From NCBI GenBank assembly GCA_010015805.1, contig ML978123.1, forward strand, positions 1,736,001 to 1,800,000: a stretch of DNA of 64,000 nt. The letters run 5' to 3'. Shown one piece after another: positions 38,048 to 50,423 of this stretch. The translations under genes were made by a program, and so were the position numbers. The notes under the pieces are model-generated. The model had not been told where the DNA came from and searched no databases. It saw only the letters and a list, made by a program, of their open reading frames with translations. The first letter of the stretch is position 1; every line of letters begins with the position of its first letter. The DNA comes from Rhizodiscina lignyota. Its lineage: Eukaryota.

Positions 38048-39464
38048 ATGGGTGCGTGCGGTAGCACAATCAACGATGACCAGGAGCAGAAGAAACGGAG
38101 TCAGGCCATAGACCGGAAGCTGGAGGAGGACTCGCGGAGATTACGGAGAGAATGCAAGATACTGCTCTTAGGTTTGTCCCCATGCCATCAATTTGCTAGC
38201 AATGCGTTTCTAATGTGCTTGCGACATCTAGGCTCTGGCGAAAGTGGCAAGTCGACGATTGTCAAGCAGATGAAGATCATACACCAGAATGGCTACACGG
38301 TGGATGAATTATCGATGTACCGGCTCACCATATACAAGAACGTCATAGACTGCGCAAAGTCGTTGATTGGAGCGATGCGCCAGTTCGACATCGAGCCGGA
38401 GAACGAGGGAAACGCCGAGTACTGCGACTATCTCATGGAGTACTCCGTTGACCCCGACCCCGAAAAGCCGTTGGAGATGAAGGTCGGACAAGCTGTCAGC
38501 TCATTATGGAGAGATCCTTGCGTGCCAAAGGTCATGGAGCATTCAAGCGAATTCTATCTGATGGATTCGGCGCCTTAGTATGTCAAGTGCGCTTTTCGGA
38601 ATTGTGCGCTACTAACTATCATCACAGTTTCTTTGAAGAAGTCAACCGAATCGCCACGCCAGACTACATACCTCAAGAAGCAGACGTGCTGCGAGCGAGA
38701 ACAAAAACGACGGGTATATACGAAACGAGGTTCACCATGGGGCAGTTAAGCATACAGTGCGTTCCACATCGTTCCACACACAGAGTATCTCTGCTAATCG
38801 TATCACAGCATGTTTGACGTAGGAGGCCAAAGAAGCGAACGGAAGAAGTGGATACACTGTTTTGAGAACGTCACATCGATTATCTTCTGCGTGGCACTGA
38901 GCGAGTACGATCAGGTGCTTCTGGAAGAAAGCAGTCAGGTATGGAGTCTAGTAACATTTGAGGCAATAACTGGCTTTAGTTGACTTACGACCAGAACCGC
39001 ATGATGGAATCGCTTGTCCTCTTCGACTCCGTTGTCAATTCGAGGTGGTTCATGAGAACCAGCATTATTCTTTTCCTCAACAAAGTCGATCTCTTCAAGC
39101 AAAAATTGGCCCGGTCACCTTTGGGCAACTATTTCCCGGACTATTCGGGCGGCAATGATGTCAACAGAGCTGCAAAGTATCTCCTCTGGAGATTCAATCA
39201 GGTCAATCGAGCACACCTGAACCTATATCCACAGTAAGTACTCAGTGCGGTCGAAAGGAAGCTTTCACAGACCTGCGCGTGTTCCTCTTTCATCGTTTCA
39301 CATTCTTTTCTTAGAAATCCACATGAAAATCGTTGTGGGGAAATGCGCTGACATTATACTGCAGTCTCACCCAAGCAACCGACACTTCAAATATACGACT
39401 CGTCTTCGCAGCGGTAAAGGAAACAATCCTACAAAACGCCCTAAAGGATTCGGGCATCCTATAA
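38048..39464 (+). CDS. Heterotrimeric G-protein alpha subunit, fungal class III (GNA-3/GanB/Gpa3 type)
   Basis: MGAC myristoylation/palmitoylation start, [62 protein letters not shown]; 5 introns. Confidence 0.96.
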
Positions 39465-39702
39465 CAGATCAAGTCTCCACCTTGCTTTCTCATACCGGGG
39501 TCTGGATTCTCACACTCGAACACCGTGCCAAGCCCTCCGAAAAGACCGCTTTTCTCCGGATCCCCGAACTAGTCCGCTCACAAGTCGCCGTTCACATATC
39601 ACAGCACCAACTGATCGATCGCCATGCACGCCCTTTGACTTAATGTCAGTCATCGTGACTCCTTCTCATCACCACAAATTCGCCGATATCAGAATCGCCA
39701 AC

Positions 39703-39790
39703 CCGTCTGATCGGGCATGTTCCGTCTGATCGGACGTCTTCCGTCTGGTCGGGCATGTTCCGTCTGATCGGACACCCTCCGTCTCGTCCG
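39703..39790. repeat. 19-bp tandem repeat with alternating A/B units (38-bp higher order)
   Basis: ccgtctgatcgggcatgtt / ccgtctgatcggacgtctt / ccgtctggtcgggcatgtt / ccgtctgatcggacaccct / ccgtct... Confidence 0.9.
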
Positions 39791-40771
39791 CTTTCTCCTT
39801 CTCCTCGGAGCACGCGTGCCACTCTCCCTACACCAGTGGCAGAACGTGCGGCATATACGTTTTCACGAAACCATAATTTTCTCTTCCACAGTCTGTCTCT
39901 ACATGACCGGGGTTCTTCGCCATAGCCACACCAAAAGCGCAGCCGGAGTTAAACACTGTGTTCCAGTCTTTTGTCCATTGGGGCGGGTTTTCGGAAGCCA
40001 CTTCATTTCCTGTCTCTGTTCCGCACATGGGTCGTCGCTTATTCCTTTTTTTTTTCTCTCTGGAGCCGGTGTCGGATTTTATTTTTTTGGGTGGCGACGG
40101 GAAAGGGAAACTCTCGCAATACGCGAATGCACTAGCGGATGTCTGTCATGTCACATTTTCTCCTTTCACTGCTGATTTTCACCCTAATCGAAATCGTAGT
40201 CCAGTCGAGTCGTTTCTTTGGTCATGCTGTTGTGGTTTGCGTCGTGATGTGCAAAGCGAAGCATCGATGCGAGCTGACGAGTGAAGAGGAGTCAATACCA
40301 GAGTCGCATCAGAAGCAATTGGAGGATTAGCGCTGAAGATCAACGGTCTTGTGGTGGTTGGGGAGGAGTGCGGAGCAGGTGGAGCAGATATGCCCCCAAG
40401 GACAAAGCGCACACGACAGAGAGATGAGCGTTTGGATCTAAGACGAGCAGACATTTGGGAGCTGGCATATTCATTGGGATCTAAAGTCTCTTTTCCTTTT
40501 ATCATGCCCGAGCCAATGTACCCGGCAAAGTGTGACGGGCCTTTCTTCAAAGGAGCGAGGCGTTCTGTCGTGTCTTTTGCGCACCTTATATTCTCGTTCG
40601 TGCCTCGATAGCGAACCAGTTGCGGTTTTGACGCCGCGAGCTTGACCTTTTGCCGTAGAAGCAAATGATACGATCCCGATTCACTACGTATTCAGCATGG
40701 ATCAGGAACCTGTCATGAAGTTGAATTCGTGTTTCTTTTTTTTCTCATTACAGATTATCGCTCCCGTTGAG

Positions 40772-43378
40772 CTATCGTACACTGACGCTGTGTCCGCCGG
40801 GGCTGTTTGTGCTCCCCGTCCCTGACGCCGTCGGACCAAATCCCATACTGTGCCTTTTCCCTTCTCCACGCTTATCTCGTTCTGGGTCGAGTTGTCGTGG
40901 CAGCAGCGCGGCGAAGCGGTCTGCCAACTTCTGGCGGACTTCACTGCCCTGGCCAGGAGATGCGGGATAATTCGTACTTGTAATTTGAAACATCTCTACG
41001 AAGCGTCAGAACGTTGCCGTGTCCTGGGGTGAAGTGGCGGGAACTTACCAAGCATCAAGCTCCCGACATGCCAGTACTTGGCGAACCTCGAGATCGTCAT
41101 TTCCAGCAGGTGTTTTATCATACCCTCCTTCGAGTGTTCCTGAATCTTGCTGGAGCACCGCAGGAAGCTCGTGTACGGGCCCAGAAGCATGCACACAATG
41201 AACGGATGGGCAAGCGGAACATGATCGGGCGACCAAGCTCTCACAGCGCGCATGATTGACGCAAGCAGCGGCCGACACCGCATAAGAGCTTCGTCGTCTG
41301 GGTCCATTGGCTTGCTTTCCGAGGCAGGCGTCGAGGCGCGCGAGTATGTGTCTATGTGGATGAAAAAGGACCGGGGGCCCTGCATCATCAGATGCAGGCA
41401 GATGACCCAGTTGTCGAAATCGACCCAGTCGGGCGAGAAGCACAGATTGCCGTTCTCAATGTCGAACTCGTCGGGCAGGCTCATGGCGAAGCACGAAACG
41501 GTGGCCTCCATCGTCTCGCGGAACTCCGGCGTCAGAGAGCCCTTCATCGCCCACTCGTGCGCAAACATGTTCAGCGCGTTCGCGACCAAGTACCACGCGT
41601 GTGGATTCCGGTTCTGGCTGCCCTTGAGCGACTGCCACGCGCTGAGGGGGTCTGGGTCGAGGAAGCCGGATGAGATCGGCTGCTGTGCGAACCAGTTCTT
41701 GTCGGGGGCGGGGAGGAGGACATGCATTCTGTTGCGATCGATGTTGACGGGTCGGTGGGAGAGGCAGCTCCCGAAGTTGTCCAAGTCGAGTACTGCCCAC
41801 CATACTCTTCGCAGTTCCTCGCGGGCCGCCCATTCGGACGGTGAGAGGTCTGGGTGGCTTTCTGTTGGACCGACAAAATCCTCGTCCACAGTGTTGAGGC
41901 CGATGAAGTATGCCATTCTACATGCAATTCCGGTCAAGAACCAGGCCTGTAGGTTCGGCCCCCGAGAGAGCCAGTAGTAGCCACTCAGCACTACCCCTTG
42001 CAACGAGGAGACCGTGGGAGATTCATCTATGGCCGCGAGGACATATCGTTGTATAATTGACTGTGCTTCTGCTGCGAAGGGCCTCCCCCGATCCTTTGGT
42101 GGAATGCCACGGAAGAACTCGGATGTAGAGAATCTAGCGGCTAGAGCGAACATTCCGTTCAGGATGAGCGCATCTTCCATACTTAGATTTTGATATCTCA
42201 TGTTGTCTCCTGCGTCTCGAGAGATGAATCTCGAGACGAACCGCGGCTGGTGTAATATCTGTGTCCAGCCATGGATTTTTCGGAAGTATAACTGAACCCT
42301 ACTACAATCAGCGTCTGCTGCGCCAGCTCAATTGTTAATAACTCACAAGTGATCTGCTACCATTCCAGGTATCGATAGATTGAAAGTAGATGGAGGTATT
42401 GCACTTCCATACGTCGCTTCTTCGTCCGCTGAATCGTATGAAGTACCCATGGTTTCCACCAAGGGAAAACCAAGGTCCATCGAGCCATAAGTAGAACTTT
42501 GCTGCGGCACAGAGGCCGGAGCGTAACTCGAATAGTCGCGTGGGAGATTTGGCGCATCTGTTGGTTGATCTGGAATTTGATTAGAATACCGAACTTGACG
42601 GGAAACTCTTTCCCTAGCTTCTGGCGGAGATGCTCGGCCTACCATCAAAGAACGCGCCGTCAGGTAGCGGCATCAACAGCTCGTCGCTAGAAAAGGGGAA
42701 GTTAAGAGAGGGGAACGACTGGAAGAAGGACGCTACAGACGGATCGCCGGTCCATTGCTCCTGCTGCTGCTGCTGCTCGGTGGTGAAACCGGCGTTGGGA
42801 ATACCGCCGGGGACCTGGGCGGCGATGGGCGCATTGTGGGACGCGGTGCTGAAATTTAAAGGAATATCCTGCTGTTGAGAGGGTGGTGTAAATCCCAGAT
42901 CTGAATCGTTCGACGAATTCAAAAGACTCTTGTCGACGATCTGTCCAGAGTTGATCAAGTCCAGCAAACGATCTGTCCGTGTGTCAGCGGATGGGTTGTT
43001 GGTTGAGCGAAACCTCCTCACCAATTTGCTGATTCCTCTGTCGCTCCCTTTCTGGATCTTGCCCTTCCTTCGAGACTTTGTTTCGAAAAGTCGGAGGCTT
43101 TCGTCTTGTTGGAAAGACGCAATCGCTGCCAGTCCGGGCACAAAGCGAGCAAACGGGACGCTGCATGTCACCTAACCCACATTCATCGGCCTCAGCTCTC
43201 CACATTGGGTTCTATCACCGACGTACATTTGGTCTTCTTCCTAAAATCAAACAATCAATGTCTGCAGAATGGTGAAAAAGGGGGTAACGCCATACCTTTT
43301 GCACTCTTCGCACGCCCGATGCGGCAGCGTCCTCGCCATTGGCAGTACGTTCGATGCAACATTCTGCTGCTCGTCCAT
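40772..43378 (-). CDS. Zn(II)2Cys6 transcription factor with Fungal_trans domain
   Basis: HRACEECKR|RKTKC...DMQRPVCSLCARTGSDCVFP; GMFALAARFS, AWFLTGIACRMAY.IGL, REELRRVWWAVLDLD. Confidence 0.9.
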
Positions 43379-44441
43379 ATCTATAACTCCATCCACGAAT
43401 TGCAAATAATCCAATATCAAAATGAAAGACAGCAGAACCACGACGAGTCGACAGGCTTAATAAGGGCTTTCATAATGACGGCGTGTACCGCCTCCACACA
43501 AACTCCGCGCTGCATGTACTAAAGGGCGGTACGGAGAAAGTGCGAAAGACTATAAAGAGACTATGTTAGTTCTGATTCAGAGACTGGATTAAGTTAACGC
43601 GCCTTAGGATAAACTTGCACAAACGTCAGTGGCCAAGCTGTGGTTGCGGCGTTAACCAGACCACACTCCCGGCTCCGGATAGCCTTTGATGCGTTGCGGT
43701 TGAAAAGTTCTGACTAAGACTAGGGCGGACAGGAGAAGGCGAGAGTTTTGTCAGCAGCCATTGGATAAGCGACACTGGTCTTGCGAGGCTTGACTTCGAA
43801 CCTCAAGGCACCAGCGCTCGTGGGATGTGCGCCAGGGTGCGTCGGAAAGAGGAGTGGTGCACATCACGGGCATTCCGAGATTCGTCCCTGCTGCGCTTTG
43901 CTTCGCCGACCAAACTGACAAGGCACGGCTGGGTCGCTCCGAGTCGGCCGACGTACGAATCGGGTTATCAAGGCGAGACGGTACTTAGTTGCCTGCAGGG
44001 TGCACAGAAGGAGCTAGTATGCCGAACTTTGACAGTGTGCCTGTCTGCCATTTCGCTATGATTCCATATCATCCTCAACTCGTTTCATTTAAAGCCCTGC
44101 GCGAGCCCTCTGATCGCATTCTATTGAAAGAGCAGCTGACTCATCCCCATTGAAAGAAACCCGACTTTGACGTGAATCATTGTATTTAGGCCGCCCTTTG
44201 CTTCCCTAACGTTCGCAGCCGTCAAATGCTCTGAGGAACTCCTCTCCTTCGACAGCCTAAACAATAAACCGATGATTCCTCGCACGCAATGCAAAGCAGA
44301 CTAATAAACCACTAGAAGCCAGGTCAGAGTACATGTTGTACCTCTGAGGAGAGCATACCGAGGCATCGTGGACGGTACGGCCGTGCATCGGTCGACAGCG
44401 GCATCCCGAAATGAACCTAATGGGGTAACGAATAGCTCTGC

Positions 44442-46910
44442 TCAAGCAAGGTATCCAAGGTTGTCATCCTCTAGACGCTCCAAGTACTCCTTTTCCAGCA
44501 GCATGTCGATGCACCACTTGATATCTGACACCTTCGGCGTGAAACGGCTCTTGATCTGCGCGATAGTCTCGCTGACAAGCTGGCTGTGCTTCATCTTCTT
44601 CCTAGACTTCATGATACGCACTATAGCGGACTGTTCAAGATATTCGTCAGCATTGAACGTTATTTTGGGATGGAAGGGGGCATTGCTACTCACCTGCATC
44701 AGCAGCTTGCGGTCCTCCTCGATGGTCTTATGTGTATCCTCTACCTCCTGCTTCTGTTCGCTCTTGATATTGATGTTAAGGTTAATCTTAAGCTTCTTGT
44801 TCTTGAATCCCTGGTTGATACTGTAGGTCGTGCCACTCTCCGGCTTGCCACCCTCCGGAGTCACATTGAACACCCTAGCCCTAACGCAGATGGCAATGCT
44901 CGGGTCAAGAGTCTCTGGAGCGATCTGCGTGGTCTGCTGAATCTCATCGTACGAGATGGTTTCCTTCTCGTTGAAGAGCAGGAGAACGGCCATTTGGTAC
45001 GTTGACACCTGGAACGTGTATGGGATCTTGTTCGTCTTGACGAAGTTCGCTTTCACCTCACCCTTGCAGAGCTGCCAGAGCCAGGTAAGCTTGCGGCCGG
45101 CGTGCTTGTGGAGGTAGTAGTTCTGGAAGCGATCCCGCATCTTGACGATCTCTTGTGGAGGAACAAAGCCATGGGCAGGAGGGGTAAGAGGCCAGAAACC
45201 CGTGCCCAAGATATGGAAGGAAGTATCGACAACGTTCTTTGCGTCCTCGGCGCCAAGCTGCTCAGACTGCCAGTCGCGATACTCGGTGTTGAGATCCTTC
45301 GAGGTTTGGATGTCCTGGAACATACGTTGGAGCTTGTTAGTGTACTCGAAACCGCAAGCCTCCTTGAGCTTTCCAATCATGCTAGTCTCTGCGTCATCAG
45401 ATGCAGATGAGGTCTGGACGAGACGCTTCGCGAGCATTCGAGAGTAGAACTTCTGGAAGACGTCCTTGTCCTCAATGTACTTGAAGACAACCATAATTTG
45501 CGTCAGCATCTTCTCCATGTCATCCTCCTCGCTAGCCTTGGCAGACGACTTCTTGAGCAGCGTGTCGGTGTACTTGGCAAGAAGCTCAGGGGACTTCGTC
45601 GAGCCAGACTTGCAGACTTTGTTGCGGTTGACAAACTCCTTGCAGGCGTTGTCCAGAGACCGAACAAACTCAGACTCGCCGTTGAATGCCTTCTGGACTA
45701 GGTCGTGATACTGAGTGTGCACCTCCAGGAGCGCGTGGACGTAGATTTTCGGGTCCATGTTTTCGCCATCTGCTGCAACCCTCTCCACAGCTGCCAAACC
45801 AGCCTTACGAACGTGCGTCTCAAACTTGTTGCGAAGAGGATCCAAGCCGTCTGGGATGCGCGCCAGCAGCTTGTACATGCGACCAAGATCCTCCTGGCGG
45901 TCATGGTCCAATAGGTTCTGAAACTCTTCACGAAGAGTGATCGAGTGTGCAGCAATCATGCTCTGCTCGCATGTTCGCATAAGCGGTCCCGTGATTTCTG
46001 ATAAGAGATACAAGGAAACACGGTCCTTCTCTTCCTGAAGCCTAGTCTCCGCCTTCTTCATGTACTCAACAACGGTGTTCTCGGCGAGGAAATCGTTCGA
46101 CTCCTTTTGATAGTACTTCGCAGTCGCCTGAAGGAATGGAGCCTCGAAAAATTGCTTGTACACGTCCAGGGTAGACTTTGTGCTATCCGACTCATCCAAG
46201 CCCAGGGATACGAAGGAGTCAACGACGCTCTTGATCTGAGACTGCTCGATGGTCTCACCATTGCGCTGCTTCTCTACCAGGCGCAGCACAGAGTCCATCA
46301 CACTCTTCTGAGTCGCTAAGAACATGTCCTCCTTCCAGCGCACCAAGTGCAGGGTGTAGATGTCGTAGATGTGCTTCTTGCCCTCATCCATTTCGCGCTT
46401 CACCCAATGTCGGTTGAGGTATCGGAAAAGGTGGTTGTTGTACGACGCAGCCATCGTGTAGCGATCCCACTCTTTGATGTAGAAGCTGAGGAGCGCTTCG
46501 TCGTTGTGCTTCTTGGACTCAGCGTGGACGCCTCCTAGGTGCTTTTGGAGGTAGAGGATGAGGTGGTTGTAGAGATCCTCGCCGAGTAGGTGTGCTGGAT
46601 AATAATGAATACTTGTATTGAGCGAGGGATTAGTGGTATACCCACCGCCTCCACGGTTGTGAGGGCTGAACTGGCCGGTTCCAACAGCCTTCTGCGCCGT
46701 GCAGAAGTTGTGAATCGCGGTGTACAGGCCCATGTACGTCTTCATATCCATGCCCTTCTTCAAATCGCTCATGATACGGTCAACGCCGAGTTCGAGATAT
46801 CGCCACCTGCTTCGGAGTTAGTAAAACACAGTGAATTCGAGTCGGAGAACTTGCGTAGCATCGCTATCTTCCTTGTTGGGCATGGGCGGCATGCCTTGGA
46901 TAGCAGCCAT
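44442..46910 (-). CDS. CUL1: Cullin-1 (SCF scaffold)
   Basis: YMGLYTAIHNFC, FRYLNRHWVKRE, SPELLAKYTD, FKYIEDKDVFQKFY, GRKLTWLW, AIVRIMKSRK neddylation site. Introns at 46807-46854 (GC-AG), 46595-46645 and 44631-44693. Confidence 0.97.
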
Positions 46911-47597
46911 GATTGTTTTGTTGCCCGACGCGTCTGGGACTTTGATAGAACTGCAGGTGATACTTGGAGGTGCAAAGGTTGTTAGGGTAAAAGTTGTCGT
47001 GGGTGCGCGTGAATTGGAGGCAGGCGAATGTGGCGCCCGAGGTTTTGGTTCGGGAAGCTGAGCTGCGCAACGTGAGGTGAGAGGGGTGGTGGGGAAAGAA
47101 AGAGGGAGCAGAAACGCTGATGGAAACCCCCCAGGAAAAGGCGGAGGGGAAGGTGAGGTGTTGGTGTCGGTCGGGGTTGGTGATTTGTGAAGGAGGAGGT
47201 GGGCGGTGGGTAGTGTTGCGGCGATTTAGTGAAGTTGATGACTTGAGGCAGCAGTTCGCCCACGGGTCCGTGCATCTAGGCCAGCCTTATTAAGTTATTA
47301 CAGCGTCTCCATTTCACGCATCTTCGCCGAGACTAGTCTTACATACATGTGCTATACACATGGTGTTGCCACCGTCTAGATCTCTAGCCGCCCGTTTCGT
47401 CTAGCCGTTCCTTGAAACTGCCTCTTCTGTCCTGTTCTTCAGGAACGTATAGGAAGGACATTCGGAAAAGCGCACACGCGAGCCATGACGTATTTCCGCG
47501 TGCTGTTTTACATGCAACAAAGGACTTGTTCTTCGAATCACACAGCATAAGTCTTTTCTAAAACTGAATCGTACCATCGTCGCAATCTGTCTTCAAG

Positions 47598-48128
47598 ATG
47601 TCTTTGACACCGCTGGGAAGCCTGCGCGTATCTTCGCACATCATTCCAGCACACGGTCTTACACCCAATAGCTCTGTCCTCAACAAGCCCCTCCTAATCT
47701 ATCATAAAGCATTTCCGGCTTCATCTTCTGCAGCCACCATAGAGTCTCATCTGACGTCTACCGGCGTTGTGGCACCAAAGTGGCGTTATACAATGTACAG
47801 CACCTCGCACTTTCACAGCACTTCACACGAAGTCTTGGCTGTTTTCTCCGGATCTGCCAAGCTGTGCTTTGGAGGCGAAGACAATCCTGAAAGGGTAGAG
47901 CCTGTGCTTGAGAAGGGTGACGTGATGGTTGTTCCTGCTGGCGTTGCACATCGGCTCCTGGAGGATAGAGGGGGATTCCAGATGGTGGGGAGTTATCCAA
48001 ATGGATTCGATTGGGATATGTGCTACGGGCGAAAGGGTGAAGAGCAGAAAGTGGAGAATATCAAGAGCCTCAAATGGTTCACACGGGATCCTATCTATGG
48101 GGACGAAGGACCTGTATTGAATTGCTAG
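47598..48128 (+). CDS. Cupin-domain protein (YjlB-like)
   Basis: HFHSTSHEVL and GDVMVVPAGVAH cupin motifs; FQMVGSYP; DPIYG. Confidence 0.88.
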   Translation: MSLTPLGSLRVSSHIIPAHGLTPNSSVLNKPLLIYHKAFPASSSAATIESHLTSTGVVAPKWRYTMYSTSHFHSTSHEVLAVFSGSAKLCFGGEDNPERVEPVLEKGDVMVVPAGVAHRLLEDRGGFQMVGSYPNGFDWDMCYGRKGEEQKVENIKSLKWFTRDPIYGDEGPVLNC

Positions 48129-48256
48129 GTGAAACGCTTCTCCGGTCTACCAATAACACCCGCTCTTGATCATGCCGCTCAAAAACCACGCCAATAAAAT
48201 TCCGCACCATCCGTCTAAGTCTATATCCATCAACATCGTACACTATATATCCGAGT

Positions 48257-49956
48257 TTAAGCTTGGTGGTCCTCATCTGCAGCCTCGGCTGCCAGTCTTC
48301 GCTTCTTTGTGTGTTCGTGATGAATGCTCCACAAGCTGATCCCAAGAGCAAGCACACTTGCAGCAAACGACACAAAGTAAGCACTCCTATAGCAGTCGAG
48401 ACCTTCTGGACAGCTTCTTTTCCCGTCAGGAGTGCGTCTTGAATGATTGTCGTATATCCTGCCGTATGCAATATTGAAAGCGTTGCCAAATATCACAGGG
48501 CTGATAATCATGCTGCCCCAATTCAGACTCAGGCCGTGCATGCCAAAGGCGTCAGCCACGAGAGCAGGATAGACACCAAATAGAGCACCATAGCCAGTTC
48601 CGGTAAGCAGCGAAAGCACCCACAGGAAGTTAGGGTTCTGAATTTGGGTTGCGAAGATCTGGGCTACGATGAAGACGGAAGAGGAGACGGTGATGCACCA
48701 GAATCGAGACATACGAAGACGCTTCACGAGGAGATCGGAGCCGATGCCGGATATCAGGCGCCCAATGAATGAAAATGAGGAAATGATGGAGACGTGCATA
48801 AGCTGGCGACGGGAAATGAAGGCTTTGTCAACGGACGGATCCCAATGCGCCCACAAAGCTTGGGCGTCGTTCCCAATGTTGCTAAGAGCCATTAGAACAC
48901 TGTTGTGCAATTTGGCCTCCGGAAGGAGGTCGCTTACTTTATAGTCATCAGTCCAACCCCGGTCAAGGAGCCAAGGAGAATGAACAGTTGATAGAATTCA
49001 ACATGCGACAAAATAGCCCTTCCGGATATATCTAAATGGTGTAAGTGATGGTTGCCGTGCTTGAGTGCGGCTTCTTCAGCATCCACATCACCCGGCGCGG
49101 ACATCAGCGATGACGATTCGTCTGCATCCAGCTCCGTATTGGGTGGCCGCTCGTCCGTGGTGTCGTCGGCATCTGAATCTAAGGCGGATGAGGAGGGCTG
49201 CTTACTCAATTCTTCGTCTTGCCGTAAATGGCTTGGTTTCGGTCGGCGCATTTGATTCGAGGACCGTCTTGATCCTGACGCATGCTCCTCAGAAGTCGCG
49301 AGTGCGGTGTACGTGCTTGGATGCGGGACCCTCAAGAACGGCAAGGACACGAATACTAAGACAGGTGTTCCGATTGATAGAAGCAAGAGGAACCCAGAGG
49401 TATTACCGGGGAAAGCGAATGCGGAGAGCATGGTGAAGAAAAGGGCACTCAAGCCAAAGGCGGACAGAGCCAAGCCAGTCGCCGTTCCTCGATGTTGTGG
49501 CCAGTTTAAGGCAGCTGTTTTACGTTAAATTCCGGGATCCTTCTCGGAAATTGTACGCCACGTACCAGCTTTGATAGAGGCAGAGAAAGCAGAGCAACTC
49601 CCGAGACCAGTAACGAAGGAAAAGAAAGCGAGCAAAGCAATATTCATAGAGCCTTCTCCGCCGTCGAACGCCTTCTTGAGCGGAAAGTACCCCAAGCCAA
49701 GACAGATGCCGCCCAGTATCACTGCTGGCCTAGGCCCTCTGCTGTCGACGAGCATGCCGACCGGAATGCCCATAGCGTACATGCCCATGTTTCCCATGGC
49801 TCCGATGATATTGCTCTCGGTCGAGGAGAGCCTCAATTTGTCTGCAAATTGGGGGCTCCATGCTGAGTAGGCATAGTTCGTTCCGCATGCCAGACTTATG
49901 GTCGTCGCCGCTGCTACAGCGATGATTCTCGCCGTCTTGTGACTATTGTCCGCCAT
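48257..49956 (-). CDS. MFS transporter, Mch1/nodulin-like
   Basis: SLACGTNYAYSAW.PQ, GMLVDSRGPR, NWPQHRGTATG...FGLSALFF, GVGLMTI|NIGN, FIGRLISGIGSD, C.EGLDCY. Confidence 0.88.
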
Positions 49957-50423
49957 TGTGTTGAGCTGGCGCAAGAGGGCGCGTAGAAACGATCAGTGGG
50001 TCATCGTCCAGAGGTCATATACGCGATAAGATGGTATCAGTCGGGGAGATATCGGAGGACTTGAAGGGGAAGGTATGTGCTTGCTTGCTCAGCTTTCGAC
50101 GGTCTGATATGCCCGACAAGTAGAACAAAGAAGTGTTGAAGGAGTTGTCTCAGTGAAGGAGAAGATAAGAGATTAGGAAGGAGCAATTGAAGGTGTGAAG
50201 GAACAAATAGGCGGATAACGAGAAAAGGTCAACATTATGCAACGGCGGAGGATCGACGCCCGCCAAGTCTGCAAGCTCTGATTGGACGGAGAGGCAGGGG
50301 TACATGGATTTCGGCACGCGCATAGCCGTCGCAGGCGTTGTCGTCACTTGCAAGCCTCGTTCGACCTCCACCCTAACTCCACACTACCTATACACATGCG
50401 CGCGCATTACTGAACTCGCAAAG

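Noticed and set aside
41252..41977. Multiple overlapping ORFs inside the TF gene
   Set aside because: Explained by locally high GC at third codon positions suppressing stops.
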